A stretch of 64,000 bases of DNA, taken from NCBI RefSeq assembly GCF_009914755.1, contig NC_060940.1; one strand, 5' to 3'. Position 1 is the first letter of the stretch. Each line of letters starts with the position of its first letter. The notes under the pieces are model-generated. The model made no database searches. It was not told where the DNA came from and saw nothing but the letters and a program-made list of their open reading frames with translations. A program made the position numbers and the translations under genes. This document shows, piece after piece, positions 61,946 through 64,000 of the stretch. Source of the DNA: the human T2T-CHM13v2.0 reference genome, Homo sapiens.

Positions 61946-62932
61946 AATAAATTTAATTAATTAAAATCAAAGTAATATAGGGAATTTATGAAAATCAAGA
62001 CAGAGCAGGATCCGATCTCTTTAAAAAAAGAGAGCAAGAGAGAAAGAGCAAGCCTGAGAAATCTTATGCTCAGCAGAGCATCTCGTTGAATGCCATCTGC
62101 ATTTTGGAAGTATTTTCATCAGGGGTCAGTTGTTTACAGGTGGAGGAGATCTCATCAGTCCAGTTTGAGCAGTAAAGAGGATGTTATTTGGAGAATCCTT
62201 AATGATCACCTTGACCCCAAAGGTAGAGAGTGTAGCCACTCATCACAGGGGACCGGAAGGAAGAACCAGAAAGTTGGCAGGAACCAAGGACGCTTCTTTC
62301 TATTTCTTCTGGGCCCTACCTCTTCTTCTCTGTGGGTCCACTTCCCCTCACTTTCCTCACGATATCAGCTTTCTCTGCTACTCACACGGCCTCACAGCCA
62401 TATGAGCAGAAATGTGAGGAAATGGCCTCACAGCCCTGGAGTGACTATGCCCAGCTCTTGTTCCTGCAACCAATTCCAAAGTCTCAGGGGAGAAGCCAAT
62501 TGGTCTACTTGGGTCAGGTGTCCACTCCTTGTCCAATCAGTTATGGCCAAAGGGTGATTCACTGGAATAAACATGGCTCTGTGATATCCCTCTAAGTACT
62601 TCATCGTTTCCTGTTTTAGTAGCAATTACCACATACCTCATGGCAGTGCAGTTGATTTTGACAAACTTCAGAGCTCCATAGTCCTATTCATCTCAATCTA
62701 GGAGTATGTCAGGAATTTTGATAGCACCATCTCATCACTGGGGGCCCTCCCAGATTGTGTTGACTGCAGGTTGAAGGAGTGGCTTTCTGATGTCTGTGCA
62801 GATTGTAGAAATGTTGGTGACAACAGGACAGAGCACTAATCCCAGCAGCTCCCCAATTCCCCAATTCCCATGGAGTCTGCAGACAGAGAGGTCCATGGGC
62901 CCCCAGCCAGCTCTCATGTCAAAGAGGTCTAA

Positions 62933-63172
<240 letters not shown>

Positions 63173-64000
63173 TAGGTTAGAAAGCAGACGCAGAATGAAA
63201 GCAAAGTCCCTGCCTGCCTCGCACACTCAGGCAGCATCCCTGACACGTGACATTCGGTGCTGTCTCCTTGGTGCGCTTGCAGACCAACCCAGGCCATTCA
63301 TTTTAGTCAGTGGAAATCAAATCACATAAACTGAAGTCACGAGAATCCATCTGGGTAGTTCCTTCTGCCACATGTTAAGCCTCGTGCCTGAGGGGAGAGG
63401 ATGGAAGAAACCTCTGGTATCTTTTTAAATGGCAGATGAGAAGTGGGGGAGGGCAGAGGACAGGGGCAGAGGAACTGACAGGTGGAGGGGGGAGTCCCTC
63501 GGCCTCTAGGCCTGATCCTGAGGGCTGCACAATTGTGGTGCCAGTGTCCATCCCTTCACTGGCATTTCCACACACCAGGAGCTGTGCTGCGCACTGGGAC
63601 ACCTCCAGGAGCGAGGATAAAGTGGCAGAGAAGGCCTCTCCAAGGAGGCGGGTGACAAGCAAAGCCAGCTAGGTGGGCCTCCAGAGGAAGAGCACTCCTG
63701 GCAGGGGTGCAGCAAGGGCAAAGGCTCTGAGGCCAGAAGAGACAGCCTGTCCAGGGAGCAGGAGGGCCAGCGGGGCTGGAGCTGAAAGATCATGGTGGGG
63801 AGCGCAGAGGGGAGGGGACAGGAGTCAGTGGCGGCCGTACTCAGGGCTGTGGGCATGGTAAGAGTCAGGTTGTCTTGATTCTCAGTGCAGGAGAGACAAT
63901 GCCAGCTAGAGGGGTTGATGACAAATTCCATTTTAGGCACATAGAGACTGAAGTGACAGAGTGGACATGTCTGGACCTTCCAAGAGGTCATTGGAATTGA

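Overview
Primate (human-like) genomic DNA from inside the ciliopathy gene KATNIP (KIAA0556), transcribed on the + strand. Seven internal coding exons were reconstructed from AG/GT splice sites: 15109-15281, 16315-16380, 18370-18476, 20677-20779, 25486-25701, 38556-38693 and 57037-57916. Together they total 1683 nt (561 codons), splice with consistent phases into one stop-free frame, and include a DUF4457-type domain. From memory these are exons 9-15; that numbering is not verified. The rest is intron, rich in repeats: about 37 Alu-family copies, several L1/L2/MIR/MaLR/ERVL fragments, hAT MITEs, an hY1 RNA retropseudogene with TSDs, and microsatellites. Repeat subfamily names come from recalled consensus sequences and boundaries are approximate. 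Nearly all ORFs in the supplied track are repeat or low-complexity artefacts. I cannot demonstrate a wholly new biological system. The best leads are: (i) a 216-nt frame-symmetric exon bracketed by three antisense and three sense Alus, predicting a circRNA with a stop-free ORF; (ii) a palindromic 37-nt AT-rich minisatellite; (iii) about nine MER102-like hAT elements in 64 kb; (iv) a head-to-head Alu pair 36 nt apart; (v) several local duplications and insertions, one placing RBFOX motifs just downstream of a skippable 66-nt exon.
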